NCBI GenBank assembly: GCA_973895155.1
Contig: OZ316894.1
Location: 8,270,234 to 8,334,233, forward strand
Length of the DNA: 64,000 bases
Source: Marsupella aquatica
Lineage: Eukaryota; Plantae; Marchantiophyta
Direction of reading: 5' to 3'
A program made the translations under genes and the position numbers. Positions 13,920 through 27,009 of this stretch are shown here, piece by piece. The notes beneath the pieces were generated by a model. It was not told the DNA's origin. It did not search any database and saw nothing but the letters and a program-made list of their open reading frames with translations. Each line of letters begins with the position of its first letter. The stretch's first letter is position 1.

Positions 13920-15270
13920 TTACCTCTTAAAGGTCCTTTTGGGATAATTGTAGGAAGCTCATAAGGTAAGGAGTCCACGATAGGATCACTTTGTTCCTGA
14001 AGTCCATACTCTCGAATGACTTGATAGATCTCATCATCACCGAGTCGATAGTTTTCTTTTAATGTGTCAGTCAAATCATCTCAGACATGATAAATGCTTC
14101 TCTTTTTCTCGACCTTTCTCTTTAGGAGGTTTTCAAAAGATTCTCTGTCAGGACATTTTTCAGGCACTTCCTCAAATCTTGGAAACAAAGTGTTGACAGA
14201 AGTAATTTGTGGTTGCTTCATGACTTTCTATTGAGCAATAGCTTCTGACATGATTGACTTCGAACTCCTGAAATTGGCAATGTGAAATTAGTCTCAAACC
14301 ATCTTCAGAAAGCAATAGGGAAACTTGTACTGCAAATTAAATTTGAGGAAAGATCATTCTTACCATAAGACATTGAGTTAACCTGCGGCCTTCACCAAAA
14401 CAGATTGTTGTATCTTGATGCTTCATGAGAAGTTTCACTAGGTACTGATAAAATTCAGTGCTCTTCTCTTCGACAAGACTCTCTTCCGTTTCGGCTTCTT
14501 CAAAATTCCTGATGTTGTCGTTTAGGCAAGCCTGAATGGCCTCCTGCCTATCTGGTTGATCTTTTGAAGCATCAAATGCCTGATTGAAAAAGATATACAA
14601 GACATATTGGACGACTTTGCCATCATTTTCCAAAAGTTGTGTTCCATCCCGATCTCCTCCTGTTTTCTTCCACATGTATTGAGCCTACACTGTGATGTAC
14701 CCCGGGATGCGACACATTGCCGAAGTCATGTCCATTACCTCCATTGGATTCATGATCAAAACAATCTTGTGTTTTGGACAACCGACGACCACTGTTTCTT
14801 TGAAAAATCCGTCATAAAACTCTCGGTTGTATGGACCAAACGCTGGGGACGTTGTCAGGTCAAAGAAGAAAAAGTTGGCTTTGTTTTTGTAACCCTTGGC
14901 CAATTTTCTAAAAAACGTAACTATGCTCCCAAATCCACTTATTGATCTAAGACGGAAGAGGTCATTTGTCTTGACAACTCTCAAGTTTCCAGCCTGGTCA
15001 AACATCATTTGAATAGACTCAACAAGGTTCTCAAAAGGCGCAGGAAGTTTTTCAATCAAGTAAGTCCACTTGCAATTTTGATTAATTCCCATCTTCAGAA
15101 CTTTCTCTCCCATAGCCTTGCGCAGCAAAGCAATCCTCTCAGAATCAAGATGGAAGAACTCCTTCACCTCTTTGAACTTACGCTTGAGCTGCACCTTGTT
15201 CAACTTCTTGAAATCATTCACCCTAGTTTTCTCTATAAATTGCTTCGGCAAGTAAACTTGGATATGGTTA
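13920..15270 (-). pseudogene. Degenerate N4/N6 DNA methyltransferase-like region, cargo copy A, 5' truncated
   Basis: Homologous by eye to 48780-50160: FHLD/FKLD, RLRS/KLRS, KNKANFFFFD/KNLASLIYFD, FYDGFF/FYEGLF, ICFGEG...QCLM followed by gtaag in both. The MTase fold is inferred from motif spacing only. Confidence 0.55.
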
Positions 15271-15511
15271 CCAAAAGGGTGTAGGAAAATTGCACTATTG
15301 AAAGTGAGTTGAGCCTTACTGTTGCCCCAAGGGGTCTCAGCATTGGGGCGGCCAAAGCCAAATGAACTACTATAGCAACTTAGTTTAAGCATAGCTTAAA
15401 ATAACCAAAATTGAGGTTACCAATGGGGTTCAGGGATACAGTCCACATGTTTTACTTCACAGTCACAATCTTTCACTAACAACATCCCTTTACTTATCAA
15501 TTGTTTTGTAT

Positions 15512-15800
15512 CTTGGGGTCTCACTATATGGGGACCTCCCCATCACCTGCGACGTTTTTAGGCCTCGGACCCCCTAAAATGTAAGAATTTTAAATAATTT
15601 TTTAACCCCTACAAAGTTGGAATATTCCAAAATTTGGATTAAAAAGACCTTAATGTTCTTATAAGTCTCAAAATTGAATTTAAAAGACCCTATTGTTCTT
15701 CTACAAAAATTCTTAAATATTCCCTTAGTTAGAACCAATAAAATGACCCTATCCTTTGTCGCACGTGATATGCCATTTTTGTGGAAGTGAAACTCCCGAG
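15512..15800 (+). mobile_element. MITE copy 1 (289 bp), 8-bp TSD
   Basis: Ends CTTGGGGTCTCACT...AGTGAAACTCCCGAG; flanks TTTTGTAT/CTTTGTAT (7/8); close copies at 27269 and 57347. Confidence 0.93.
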
Positions 15801-15819
15801 CTTTGTATTTAACAACATC

Positions 15820-16215
15820 TTGATTTATTTAACACCATCATTTACCAACTGTGACATAGTGACATCTTTGACATAACGACATCTTTGGCTTCACAACAAA
15901 TTTTTACTTGACGACATCTTTGACATAACAACATCTTTTTACTTGATGATATCCATCACATAACGACATCTTTGGCGCCCGCTTGGTGCCACAACATATT
16001 TTTACTTGACGTCATCTTTCAAATAATGACATTGTGTAACTTGAAAACACCTTTCACATAAAGACTCATTGGCGACATGTCTTCTTTTGACTTGACAACA
16101 TCTCGGGCAACACGATATATATTTTTTGAACGACATCTTGGGAACACTACCCTTTTCTCTTAATGAATTCTTGGGTGACATGGCATCTGTTTTCTTAACA
16201 ACATCTTGGGTGACA
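15820..16215. repeat. Degenerate short-motif array (ACGACATCTT-like)
   Basis: More than ten copies of (a/g)acatctt(t/g) at ~20-bp spacing. Confidence 0.7.
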
Positions 16216-17655
16216 GGATTTGCAATAGTATTGAGCTAGTATTTCATATTTTTAAGTGCAGTTATGGGACCCATCAATTTGCATGGGTAGTAGGTAGAGT
16301 GAGGAGTAATACCTAGCCTGTAGAACTACTCTTAATGGTTGAGCACCTTCTTTTTGCATGGGGAACTGGTGGAGGTGGAATATCCATAACAGTATAACAC
16401 TTGTCTAGACTTCATGGCCTCATTAATTGAAAGTACCCACCCCACTTTTCTCACTTAATTCTAGTGAACTCTGGATAAGTGCACACTTCATAGATGCTTA
16501 CCCTTGATTAGTGCATGTCATCTTGTTCTTCCCTTTTTTTACGCTGGATAAGCCGTTTTTACGCGGTTTTTCTAAGCGCACATAGGGCTCAAATAATTTT
16601 GCTAAATGACAACTTTATAAGCACTTACACTGGATAAGTGATTGAATGCGCTTATATGTCAATTCATTGATTACATTCATTGTTACAACTATTGCTGTAA
16701 GAGTCTACAACGTACGCGGACACAAAAACCAAGAGATAGGATCCCAAAGGTACATAAATATGAAGAGCGAAACCAATGGCTAACAGAAGGAGAATCTGAA
16801 GCTCAGGTGCTTTTTGTCCACCTTAACCTACTCACCTTTGAGTAAAACCATGGTATATAACAAGTGGCTTCCGTATCAGGGTCACACGGTGAAAGTTGGC
16901 TACATAAATATTAAAATTATAAGAAATATTATAAAATCATAGTTACTTTAGCCATAGTCAGATGTTTGGTTGAGGTTAAATGTGCTACTATTATATTCTG
17001 TGCCAAAACTTAGTTGGCAATCAAGTGAAACTTTGGCTCATTATTACAAAGTCATCTAGGAGACAAGGATAGCTTAGTCTATGAAAACTCGATATGGTTG
17101 ACGGATTTAGAGTTCAATAAGGTTCCTTTATATGTTCCCGAGAATATAACTTCTGGTGAAGTGAATTACATATCTCCTATGTTGACTACTTGTGTGCTTG
17201 TTGAATGCGGGGTTGAATGTTGACATGTGCATGCTATCCGGGATGCAGTCTTAGAGTAATGTCACTTACATAGTTGTACGTACCAACTAAAGTCCCTGTT
17301 TCTTGTTGAGTGTTTGGTAAGGTTTGCAAAGCATCTCCAAACAAGTGTTAGAAAAGCCAAAGTTTAACAGACTGAGAATGCAATTCATTAAATGCTTCTC
17401 AATCTTGCATTATTTTGTGCTAGTCTCTTCTATTCCATTGTCACTGTTAGTATTAGTAAATTGTCACATACTTAGTTGTGACTTACTGGATTACGTAAAG
17501 TAATGTCAAAATCTTTGATTCCACACTTAATCTGGGAAAGGAGGTGGGTGCCCACAACAAATATATACCAGGATCCTAACTAAAGATTGACGCTCTCAAG
17601 ATTATAAAAAGTTGCATGGATTCTTACCTAACTCACTTTCCATAAAGTAGTACAT

Positions 17656-19400
17656 GTTTTTTTAATATAAACACTCACCTAAATTTCCATGTTAAAAGAA
17701 GAAAAAGGCACAAACTGTTTACAGAAAAGTGCCAAACAGAGTACAAAAGAATAAACAAAAGAGGTCCCAAGTGGGCAAAAGCAAATGCAAAAGAAGTGAG
17801 CAAAAGGAAACCTCTAAGAACCAAGAAAGGGGAACTAAAACCAAGACTAAAACGACCGCAAATGGACCAAGGTCCTTATCATTCCTAGCTAATGTGGCTA
17901 ACAGCTAATGGTCCACATCAAGTGTCAAAACTAAATCGGCAAGTGGGATTGGAATGTCCTCTAGGGGGGCTAGCTGCTGCGGAGGCACACTAGCACCTAC
18001 TATCAGAGCTCGATGATGGATGGCCCAAGCTTGAGCACGCTGTAAGGTGATTGAAATGCGTTGGCAAAAATGCGTGGTCAAAACAGATAGTGGGGATCCG
18101 GTGGGACCCATCCAACCATGAACATCCCAAGCAGCTTGTCGAAGAAGCTCGTCAAATTGATGGTGGAGATGCCCAAATATCTCAAGAGCAAGGGGGAGGA
18201 AGCTGTCAAATGAAGCTCGGGCAGCATATTTGGCCTCCTTTGTTGTTGCCGCTCATGATGCCGCTACCCCTGCCATTGTTGCCACTGACCCAATGATGTC
18301 TTGGCGCAATAGGTTTGCCACTACTACATCTACCAAAGTACGTTGACCCTCACGGACCATGGTAAGATCCACCTGTAACCGGTGTGATGGAGGACCCGGT
18401 AACTCGAGCACCACCTCCTGCCGCACGCTGACCAAAGAGCCAAAGAGAACCTGAGTAGTTGCATCTCTCATAGTATCGTGAACAAAAATGGTTTCACCGC
18501 CCAAACTGTACCAAAGAAGATGGACACTTGTGGCATCACAAGGCTTCCCACAAGTGCAAGAGGGAGGTAAACCAGCAAGAAGTGGGTGGGGTAGCCCCAT
18601 ACGAAGACGCATGGCTATCGAGAACTCCGTTGAAGACATCCGTAGATGAGGAATGACTGGATTGGCCTGAAGCCATCCTCTTGCACCCTTCCCTCCAAAA
18701 GAAAGAATCTGAGCTTGGTCCATGTCAGGTGCCTCGGTGAGGATGCTAGAGAGGGTGAAAGCGTGCATACGCCCAACAAGGTCTGCCTGAAGACGGACGG
18801 GGTCCAAGGATAAAAACTCCTGAAATGAAGGTAACGCATCTTGGACGGGATCTGGTAATGATGACCGCGCTGCGCGCAAATGAACCTGAAATGGGAGGGA
18901 ACCCTCCTCTACCTCCATGAGAGACAAAAGTAAAAAAGGTCGATCCTCAGTAAGGAAATAATCTACCAACTATGAGAAGGCGGGCTGCCCACGCGCCCAA
19001 GAAGGCCAAAGGTGCAAGGCACTCAATGGAAGTAAGCCCAAACCCGCCTTGAGAAATAGGAAGGCTGAGCTGTTGATGAAGCCACTGAGATGAGAGCAAT
19101 GTACCCGGCCCTAAAAGAGAGGCCAAAGTCTCTTGAATGGAGACATCAAAGGCTCGAAGGTGGAGACAAAGATCCTCGATAGGGGGATGCGTCCTAGCCA
19201 AATAAGACGCACGAAGGTGGATCAACCTCAACAACATCCCAAATGCTGCTTGAGAATCTGCTAACTTAGGGAGCATACGAGTAGGGGCTAAGGTTGCCTG
19301 TAGAGTGTCACCAATGAAAGATGAGCTAAAGGAGGCGGTACCGACTGGGGAGCCAAGGACCCGAAGACCGTTGGCTGGACGTAAGAACCCAGCTGGACAC
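17656..19400 (-). mobile_element. 5'-truncated non-LTR retrotransposon with restriction-like endonuclease (CRE/NeSL-like), degenerate
   Basis: RT C-terminal GLRVLGSPVG, LPISQGGFGLTS; GARGWLQANP; zinc motif CTCGKPCDATSVH; HDTMRD, RLQVDL...LVDVVVA, KEAKYA, FLPLALEIFG, ITLQRAQA; short poly(A) on minus strand at ~17656-17663; frameshifts. Confidence 0.85.
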
Positions 19401-19458
19401 TAGGCACAACTCTTCATAGGCTAAACCCATAAACCGAGGCCTGTCAGATGGGTGGAAA

Positions 19459-19754
19459 TGTTAGGAATTGACTCGAGTTCCCGACTTAGTTAGCTTGGCC
19501 TTACTAGGGTTAGTTAACCCTAGATTACATTACTAGGATAAGATCCACTTAGTTTAGGCCCACTCATCTTGGCCCCCTTAGGGAGTATAGGCTGGAGGGA
19601 GAGCACTCTCTCCCTCATTCTTCACATGTACTCTCATTTGCTATGGAGCCTTCAGGAATTTCTCCACTCGGGGTGTCTTGTCGGTGTAGCGTCTGATTGA
19701 GTGTCTCTCATGTTTCCGCATTGCTGTCTAGTCCGGAGCCGATGGTTTCTTACA
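19459..19754 (+). mobile_element. 5' LTR of Ty1/Copia retrotransposon
   Basis: TGTTAGGAA...TTCTTACA termini, directly followed by a PBS and upstream of gag. Confidence 0.8.
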
Positions 19755-19756
19755 AG

Positions 19757-19768
19757 TGGTATTAGAGC
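19757..19768 (+). promoter_or_regulatory. Primer binding site (tRNA-iMet type)
   Basis: TGGTATTAGAGC, one mismatch to canonical TGGTATCAGAGC, 2 nt after the LTR CA. Confidence 0.85.
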
Positions 19769-20645
19769 TTTGTGTTTGTGGTTTGGTGGCCTGGGCAATG
19801 GTGAGAGTGTTCGTGTGTTGGATCATGGTGGAAGATTGAATCATCATCGACGATTGCATGATCATTTCACTGGTCATTTTGCGTTGATAGTTTTGTGTTT
19901 GGAAGCAGTGACGGTTTCCCGATTGAAACTTTGTTGAAGTATCGGAGGAGTCATTGTGTTTTCAAAGGGTACTATCGGGAGGATAGTCCGGCAATTTATC
20001 GTGCGCATTGATGGGCACTTCGTCTCAGTGAAAGTTTCATAGCATTTCATCTGGCGAGTGCGGAGCAATATCATTTTATGTTTTGCTGGTTAGAGCTCTA
20101 AGCTCTTGGCTATGGTGTTAAGTGCTCGGTTTAATCTTATGTGGGGCCAATGGAGCCTTTTCTCTTGTAAAATGTCAAAAAATCTTCGCTCAAAGTTGCA
20201 ATTTTTCTTCTACCTTTGTTTGTGGTTATGGTAGCCTCTGCACAATCATTTGCGGCGGCACGGCTGGGCATATACGCTATGCCACACGGATGGTCGTACG
20301 CAAGTACGCAGTAGACGGAAGATAAAGAGCGAGTACAAGGAAGGATGTGCAAAGGTATTCTATAATGCAAGCAAACAGGAGTTTTGTCAGCGAGGGGAGT
20401 ATTGTTAGTGAGACACTTGTGGTTTTAAATTTATTTTGCTTTTTGCTGCCTTTTCTATTTTTTGTGTGTTTTTTATGACTCCAGATGGCTAGCGAGATCG
20501 CTAGCAAAAAGAGGAGTCCCCAAAATGGATGTTATCAAGCAGTTTACTGTTAGCGAGGCAATTGCATATGGAAAAATTAGGGGTCATGTGAGAAAACTTT
20601 TTGCTCATGCGAGAAAAATTTCTACTGTTTTCTCACACGCTACAA

Positions 20646-21110
20646 TGACCCGGATGTGCAAGTCAAGTACCATCATACTTGCAAGTACAGGCATTAAGTG
20701 AGGATCAGGTACGCTAGTACCAGGCTCGAGGCTCCTAGCAGGAAGGTGAAGAGGTTTCGAAGGTACAAGCCTGGTACAAGGTGCATTATGGAGAGGGAGC
20801 ATACTTGCTCCTTTCCCACGGGAGGCCTAATTAATTTAGTACACAGGCCTGTGCAAGGGACTCTTCCAATATACCAAGTACAAAGGAGAGGGGAGGGAGC
20901 CTATGTGCTCCCATTCCTTTGGGGAGTTTAAGAAGGTACTTATTGTACCGCCTGGTACAGCATAATTGCAGAACTTGAGTATGCAAGTACTACAAGTTTG
21001 GTTGGAGCTTTAAAGGACGCACTATGGGGAGCCCACTAAGTACAACGTATGAGTGGAGGGCGACACATGGCGAAGGCATAAAGGTCACAAAGTTTAGAAG
21101 GGGAACCAGG
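20646..21110 (+). pseudogene. Possible highly diverged histone H3-like relic in the Copia leader
   Basis: Frame 1 APSRKVKRFRRYKPGTRCIME resembles H3 [22 protein letters not shown]; same frame ELEYASTTSLVGALKDALWGAH*VQRMS resembles [28 protein letters not shown]; stops present. Confidence 0.4.
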
Positions 21111-21659
21111 CGATTGTTGCCTTAAGCCTTCCGATTGTTGTTTTTTTCTTTTAAACAATTTTCTTGTTTCTTTTCCTTTGTGCAAATTGTTTCTTTTGAG
21201 CCGGACAGGTGTTGATTTCTGGTGCCTTCTGCTGTAGAATTCGACTGTACTTTGAATCCTCTAGAAAGATTCTTTTCCAGAGAGCTGATTTTTGGCCAAA
21301 ATTTCCAAATTTGGTGGTCGTCGAGACAGAATTTTTCCGTGACACTTGCAAGGGGATACTCAAGGGAGTTGAGCATAGGCTAGTGAAATTGATTTGTGCG
21401 TTGTTGTTGCAAATTTTTTTCGGGACCTAAGATACCTGACGGGGGTCAAAACGGCCGATTTTGACCCCCCTCCAGCCCGGGTTGAATAAGTTTTTGCTGA
21501 AGAAGTTTTTTGCCAAATCATTTTCAGATCTTGGCAGTGTACCTTGCAGGCTACGCGGCGGTGCATTTCATTTCCACTTTTGCCAACTTTCATTTTTTGG
21601 TGATTTTTTGGGTGGAGGTATTTCGGTTGTGTGTTTCTTGTGTGTTTGTAGCAGCATCA

Positions 21660-22711
21660 ATGACTTCAAGAAAGCTTGCGGCGCCAAAGTTTGAGGTGGA
21701 GAAGTTTGATGGGAAGGTCAGATTCAGCCTCTAGACTTGAAAGGTGACCAACGTATTGATCCAGCAGGGTCTTGAGAAGACCCTCACTGGAGTGAAACCC
21801 TTGAATCTAACAGATGAGGAGTGGGAGGACATGTCGGTGCAGGCGTGTAGCACAATTGAGTTGTTCTTGGCAGACAACATTCTTAAGAATGTGTTGGGGA
21901 TGGATCATAACGCCAAGAAGATCTGGGATATGCTTACTCAGCTATACCAGAGTACTTCATTGACTACTCGCATTTATCACTTGGACCGGCTGTTCAGGTT
22001 GAAGTTGAAGGATGGTGGCAACATGCGTGATCACCTCAGTCTCTTCAATTAGATTGTGCATGAGGTGATCACGACGGGAGACAAGTTGACCGATGAGTAT
22101 CTTGCAATACATTTGTTGATGTCGCTTCCTCAGAGCTATTCGACGTTGGTGACAATCATCACACATGACAAGTCTACGTTGAAGAAGGCTACCATTCTTG
22201 CAGAATGGGGCAAGCGACAACTTTATGGCCGTGATAATGAGTCTGCTGCCTTAGTGGTTAGAGGCAGATCGATAGAGCGTACTATGGATCAGTCTAGATC
22301 TAAATCACACAGTAGATCTAAATCTAAGTCCCATAGTAAGAAAGTTCAGTGTTGGCATTGCCATGAGAAGGGCCACACCAAGTGGAATTGTCCTTCTCTA
22401 TTGAAGCATAAGCGTCCTGCTTCCAATGGTGCGTCCTCATCGTCAGCTGGAATTGTGATTGATGATAATGAGGATACTGATGAAGTGCTATGTATTGGTG
22501 CTATGAATTCTATGTATGAAAATAAATGGATGTTGGATTCGGGTTCCTCTTATCACGTGTGTCCAATGCAATTGTATTTCTCCACTTACCAACCTTGTAC
22601 CGGTACTGTGGAAATCAGAAATGGTGTCCGATGTGCGATTGTTGGCATGGGGACTATCAAATTCCGGATGTTTGATGGTGTTGTGCGAGCATTGACGGGA
22701 GTCAGGCACAT
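21660..22711 (+). pseudogene. Copia gag-protease, 5' part, with premature stops
   Basis: KFEVEKFDGK, LLMSLPQSY, CCHC knuckle CWHCHEKGHTKWNC, protease WMLDSGSSYHVC; stops at ~21732, ~21738 and 22050; interrupted at VRH/I. Confidence 0.95.
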
Positions 22712-23018
22712 AACCCCAATTTAAGGAAAACCAAACTTTGGAAATTCCAAAAATCACTAAATATTATTATTTTAATAAAAAGGGGGCGACATGACGCGTG
22801 GCTGCGCGTGAAACCCTGAAAATGACTGCAACGTCATATTTTAACCAATCCAACTTGACGGGACCAAGAGACATGCTCACACGAATAATAACAATAGAGA
22901 AATAAATCTCTGAGATCCTTTATATATGATAACCAGTATATAAGGAGATTACAAATCATTTCTAGAATGACAATACAAATTAATCTGATCTCATGCCGAC
23001 TATTATTTTAGAAGCGTC

Positions 23019-23712
23019 CTAAATTGGGCGTCTGTTAAATTGCTCTACTAGATATCTATCTCCATGCCTCTGAATCACAGGGTCTTCCCATAGAGTATGA
23101 TTATAATCATAATCTCTAAAAATAGATTTAACTGACCAATCAAGATAATCTCTTCCATTGGCAATGACAAGCGGTTCACAAGATTTTGCTAGCTTGCTAA
23201 GATACGGAATCAACAAGTTAATCAGGAAATTGTCGTCAACCGACTCAAAATATTTGGGCGGAAATAATGATCCAACAACAGGATCTAAACAAGCATGAAA
23301 TGCATTGGATTTGATAAGCATTATATTTTGCTGCAGATACGTCTTCGTATAAATTCTAACCTTCTCAAAACACTTCAAAAATATCCGCTTATTTGATGTC
23401 ACCCCATCGCATAAGTAACAATGAGACTGATCCCAAATATACTTAAATGAGGCCATTTCCGTCGCAGTAAAAATAGATGCTAAAATCTGATCTAAAAGGT
23501 TCTTCCCAAGAGAGGACCAGATCCCTGCATCGAAATTCTCAAAACAGAATCTCAAGAATTCGTGAAGATGAAGCCTTGGAAAAACGTATATATTCCCAAT
23601 CCGAATTCCAATTGAGACCGCCATCAGTCAGGAATGCGGTGCAGTGTAACAGACTAGATGCTCCACGTCAAAAACTATGAGCCCATTAATTTTCTCTGCT
23701 ACAATGAATCTC
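23019..23712 (-). pseudogene. FCP1/NIF-like HAD domain 2, last exon of cargo gene
   Basis: LIVFDVEHLV (degenerate DxD, shifted frame), PRLHLHEFLRFCFENFDAGIWSS, FKYIWDQSHC, NIMLI; acceptor ctacag at ~23713. Confidence 0.75.
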
Positions 23713-23869
23713 CTGTAGAGAAACACAAGAAGATGCATGAGCCCGTATGGATGTAGTCACGCGAATGGTCGCATCACATATTACAGAGACAACATCCTCT
23801 ACACTCTGGCCATTGATAAGTGACGTCTATTGAAGTGCTTGATAAGAACTTGATCCGCATGTCTCTGCA

Positions 23870-24841
23870 CGTACAGATGCTCCCATATATCCTCATTCAG
23901 ATCCCAATCTCGATGTAAATTTCTAATCGACCAGATGGGATAATCCAACCGGTCTTATCGGACTTATCCCGGTCTTTTTTGGCAGATAAGTATTTCATAT
24001 ATTCGTCAAACTTTTCTAAATGGTCTTTATTCCCCCGATTACAAATGATCACATTTCTCCTCCAAAGATTCGTCTTATCAATATAATCTCTCTCAAGATT
24101 GTCTTGAGAGAACGTTGGAATCCCATATCCACTAAGGAGCTCGCGGAATGTCAACTTGTCAATTGACATGTCGCATAGATATGGATATAGTTTCTTTCTA
24201 AAAAATAGGTCATCATCAAGCCCAAAATATGCATCGGGATACAGCGATGAATAGAAGTTATTAAGGCTCGTCTTATATGCAGCATCATCGATAAGAATGA
24301 CATTCTCAATGTTGTAATCTTTAATATTGGCGGCAATGTCGGAGAGACATTTGACAAATTAGGGGATGTCATTATTATTCTTCCCAATAGGTCAAGTTGA
24401 TTCTTGTCCCCATATAAATTTAATACGTTTCAAAACTTTGGGTCGAAGTATTAGCCTTACACAAGATAAAATATTCCGTTTGAACATGCACGACCAGATC
24501 GCAATGTCGTATAGATCTGCCACCTTCTCAAGAAATTCCATTAAATCAGGCCTTGGATAGATAACCTTGTGCATCTGTCTCACACCCCTTGACCGAATGG
24601 GCATCCCAGGGCTGATCTTCTCTGACCAAATAAGTACCCAATTCAGATCAAAAATTACAAGTCTCTTCTGAACCGGTGACTTCTTTGCCAATGGATTAGG
24701 CGCCATCTGTACCTGTGATTTTTGTGCCGCAGGGTTTGGAGAACGTACTAGAACGGTCTATTTGTTTCCCACCTCCGAACGATCACCGGACTTCCGAACT
24801 GGTGCCTTCGATACTCGATCAGGGGGTTTCGGGATAGGCTT
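23870..24841 (-). pseudogene. FCP1/NIF-like HAD domain 1 of cargo gene
   Basis: KRLVIFDLNWVLI, YPRPDLMEFLE...YDIAIWS, KFIWGQEST*, NVILIDDA; stop and frameshifts. Confidence 0.8.
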
Positions 24842-24926
24842 CTGTAAAACATTAAGAAATGAAAATAAGTTTATAACGCGAATGGTCGCGTGACTACAAA
24901 GAGAGACACTGAAATGAAGTGTATTA

Positions 24927-25716
24927 CTTGTACAAGACGGTCGTTCAGTGCTGGAATTCCGCTAGAAATGTCAATCATAGCAGCCCGGATCCCGATAACT
25001 AGGTTATTTGTGGACGTCGGCTTGCGAAAGTCCATGTCAAATAATGACAAGACTATCTCCCTACGGAATTTCTCAATTTGATCCGTGGCAAAATTAATTT
25101 TGTTTCCTTGACACAAGCACTTGGCGTATCTCAAGATAAACACACCACAATTATGCCCGTCACTCTAGTGAGGAATATCATTCCGATATATCCATTCCCA
25201 ACCTGAGAGATCCAAGTTGACACCAGTTCTCCAGCCAATTTCGTCGGCGTAATACTTCCCAACAATATCTAGCACCCCAGGATTTTGTCGACTATGAACT
25301 AGAGAATCTAGGTACTCGAGCCGTTTCTCCTTTGGATACACAACTACCAATGACCAATGTTCTTTCATAGCATTGTGTACTGGAAAGACCAGTTTGTCGT
25401 ATTCACTGATTTTTAGCGGAAACTCCTTTGTCCAAGCTGCTCTCTCCTCATCGAAAATGGTAGGATCCATGGAGAGAAGCTCAAAATGGTGTGTTTGGAA
25501 GAATTTGACAAGGTCTAACTTTCCAACTCTATCAAGAATCAGTTCGAGAAAACTCAAATAAGCGTTAATTATATCATCGGTGAGCAACTCGCATGGTCTC
25601 AGACACATCATATGTTTCCTATTGATCGAGTGTTGTAAGAACTTGGTCAATAGCTCTTCCATATCCTTAGAAGGATCAAGGCATTGATCTATTTGACTAG
25701 CCAAATTTTCAAAAAA
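24927..25716 (-). pseudogene. Ulp1/SENP (C48) protease domain of cargo gene
   Basis: CLRPCELLTDDIINAY, LVFPVHN...EHWSLVVV, YLDS, IPH*SDGHNCGVF (conserved Gln codon now TAG at 25165-25167). Confidence 0.9.
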
Positions 25717-25819
25717 CTGCAAAAAATAGAGATTTCAATACGCCTTCAAACAACGTAGAAAACAGAAACAATAACAAATCAATAATAACATAATGACGAC
25801 TATAATAGAAACTTTAAGC

Positions 25820-26398
25820 TTATAGTTTGCAAATGACCTTTGGATTGGGTGGATCCGGCCTTTTCGCAGTTGATTTCTTGGGTGCCTCCTTCGCAACAAA
25901 ATCCTTCAGCCCTCCTCGAGACCGTAGTGATCGCTCCATCGGACCAGTTTGCGAAGGTTGGAGCGATGAGGCGGGAAGACCTTCGAATGGTTGTGGCATT
26001 TGATTTAAATATTCCACAATCTGGGAATCCGATTCCAAAATATCCGGTGCCACCATTTCTGTGCGAGTGACCTCTGCAGTATATCGGGGTCGAGATCACA
26101 AACCCGGTCGCGTCAAGTCAGCTGTTAGTCTCTTAACGACTTGAGCCAAGTCTTGTGCCAAAGACGTTCCCAGGTCTTGCACTCGATTCTTGGAAAAGCG
26201 GACATTATTGATGATTGTCTCCACTCTGGATGCAGTGGCAGTCTTCTCCGTGGTAATCAAAAGACCCTTCCAATATTGCAAAGCCAAGACAGCCTGGACT
26301 CAAAGTTGCTCCGGTGAATATTTATTCCAATCATCCAACGAGACTGTACTTAAGGGTGGATCGTTAAACTCAAACTCCGGGCGAAGAAAATAGTCTAA
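25820..26398 (-). pseudogene. Cargo gene linker exon, 3' side of the nested insertion
   Basis: DYFLRPEF...EQL*VQAVLALQYW joins in frame to ...VAVKKKIL at 47832 when 26399-47831 is removed. Confidence 0.75.
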
Positions 26399-27009
26399 AA
26401 CACAATTTCCGACCGAATGAGAACTATTTCCGCAAACAAGAAGTGTGTTTTCATTTTCCGCCAAATCTCGCAAAATTGGTGGTTTTTTTAATCAAAAACA
26501 GGTTTTTGGGGAAATAATGTAATCCGTATCGGAGTTCAGATTGAATCAAGAAATTCATGAATGGTCCAAACCACTGAAACTAATGCTCACAAACATTTAA
26601 TTTATCAAGGAAAAATTAGATCCTAAAAACTTTCGCCTGAACCTGATATTCACACTCTCCAAAGATATATGAAAGATCTTATCTAGAAATCCATATCCAC
26701 TTTTCAAGCAAAGTCCGATAAAGTCTATATCGGATTCCGGATTTCAACCATGAAAGTTCCGACCCAATCTCAGTTTTCTCAGTTTTTGGTTATTTACCGT
26801 AACTATTTTACATCACAATCGATAAGAAATTACTACACGGTTTGTCAAACTTACCTTGCAGTTACCTCTGCGATTGACCATAGTTACCTCTGCAAGTGAC
26901 CATAGTCAACATGTCGTTGTCTCAACCGCAATGTGTCATCCGATAAAACTATCGCGAAAACTCCGGACGGCCAAAATACTTGCCGACAATACTAACATCC
27001 TTCGGTTCA

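Noticed and set aside
15270-15392. N-terminus of the 235-aa ORF as a true start
   Set aside because: Similarity to the homologous cargo ends near 15270; upstream codons look like read-through across a truncation.
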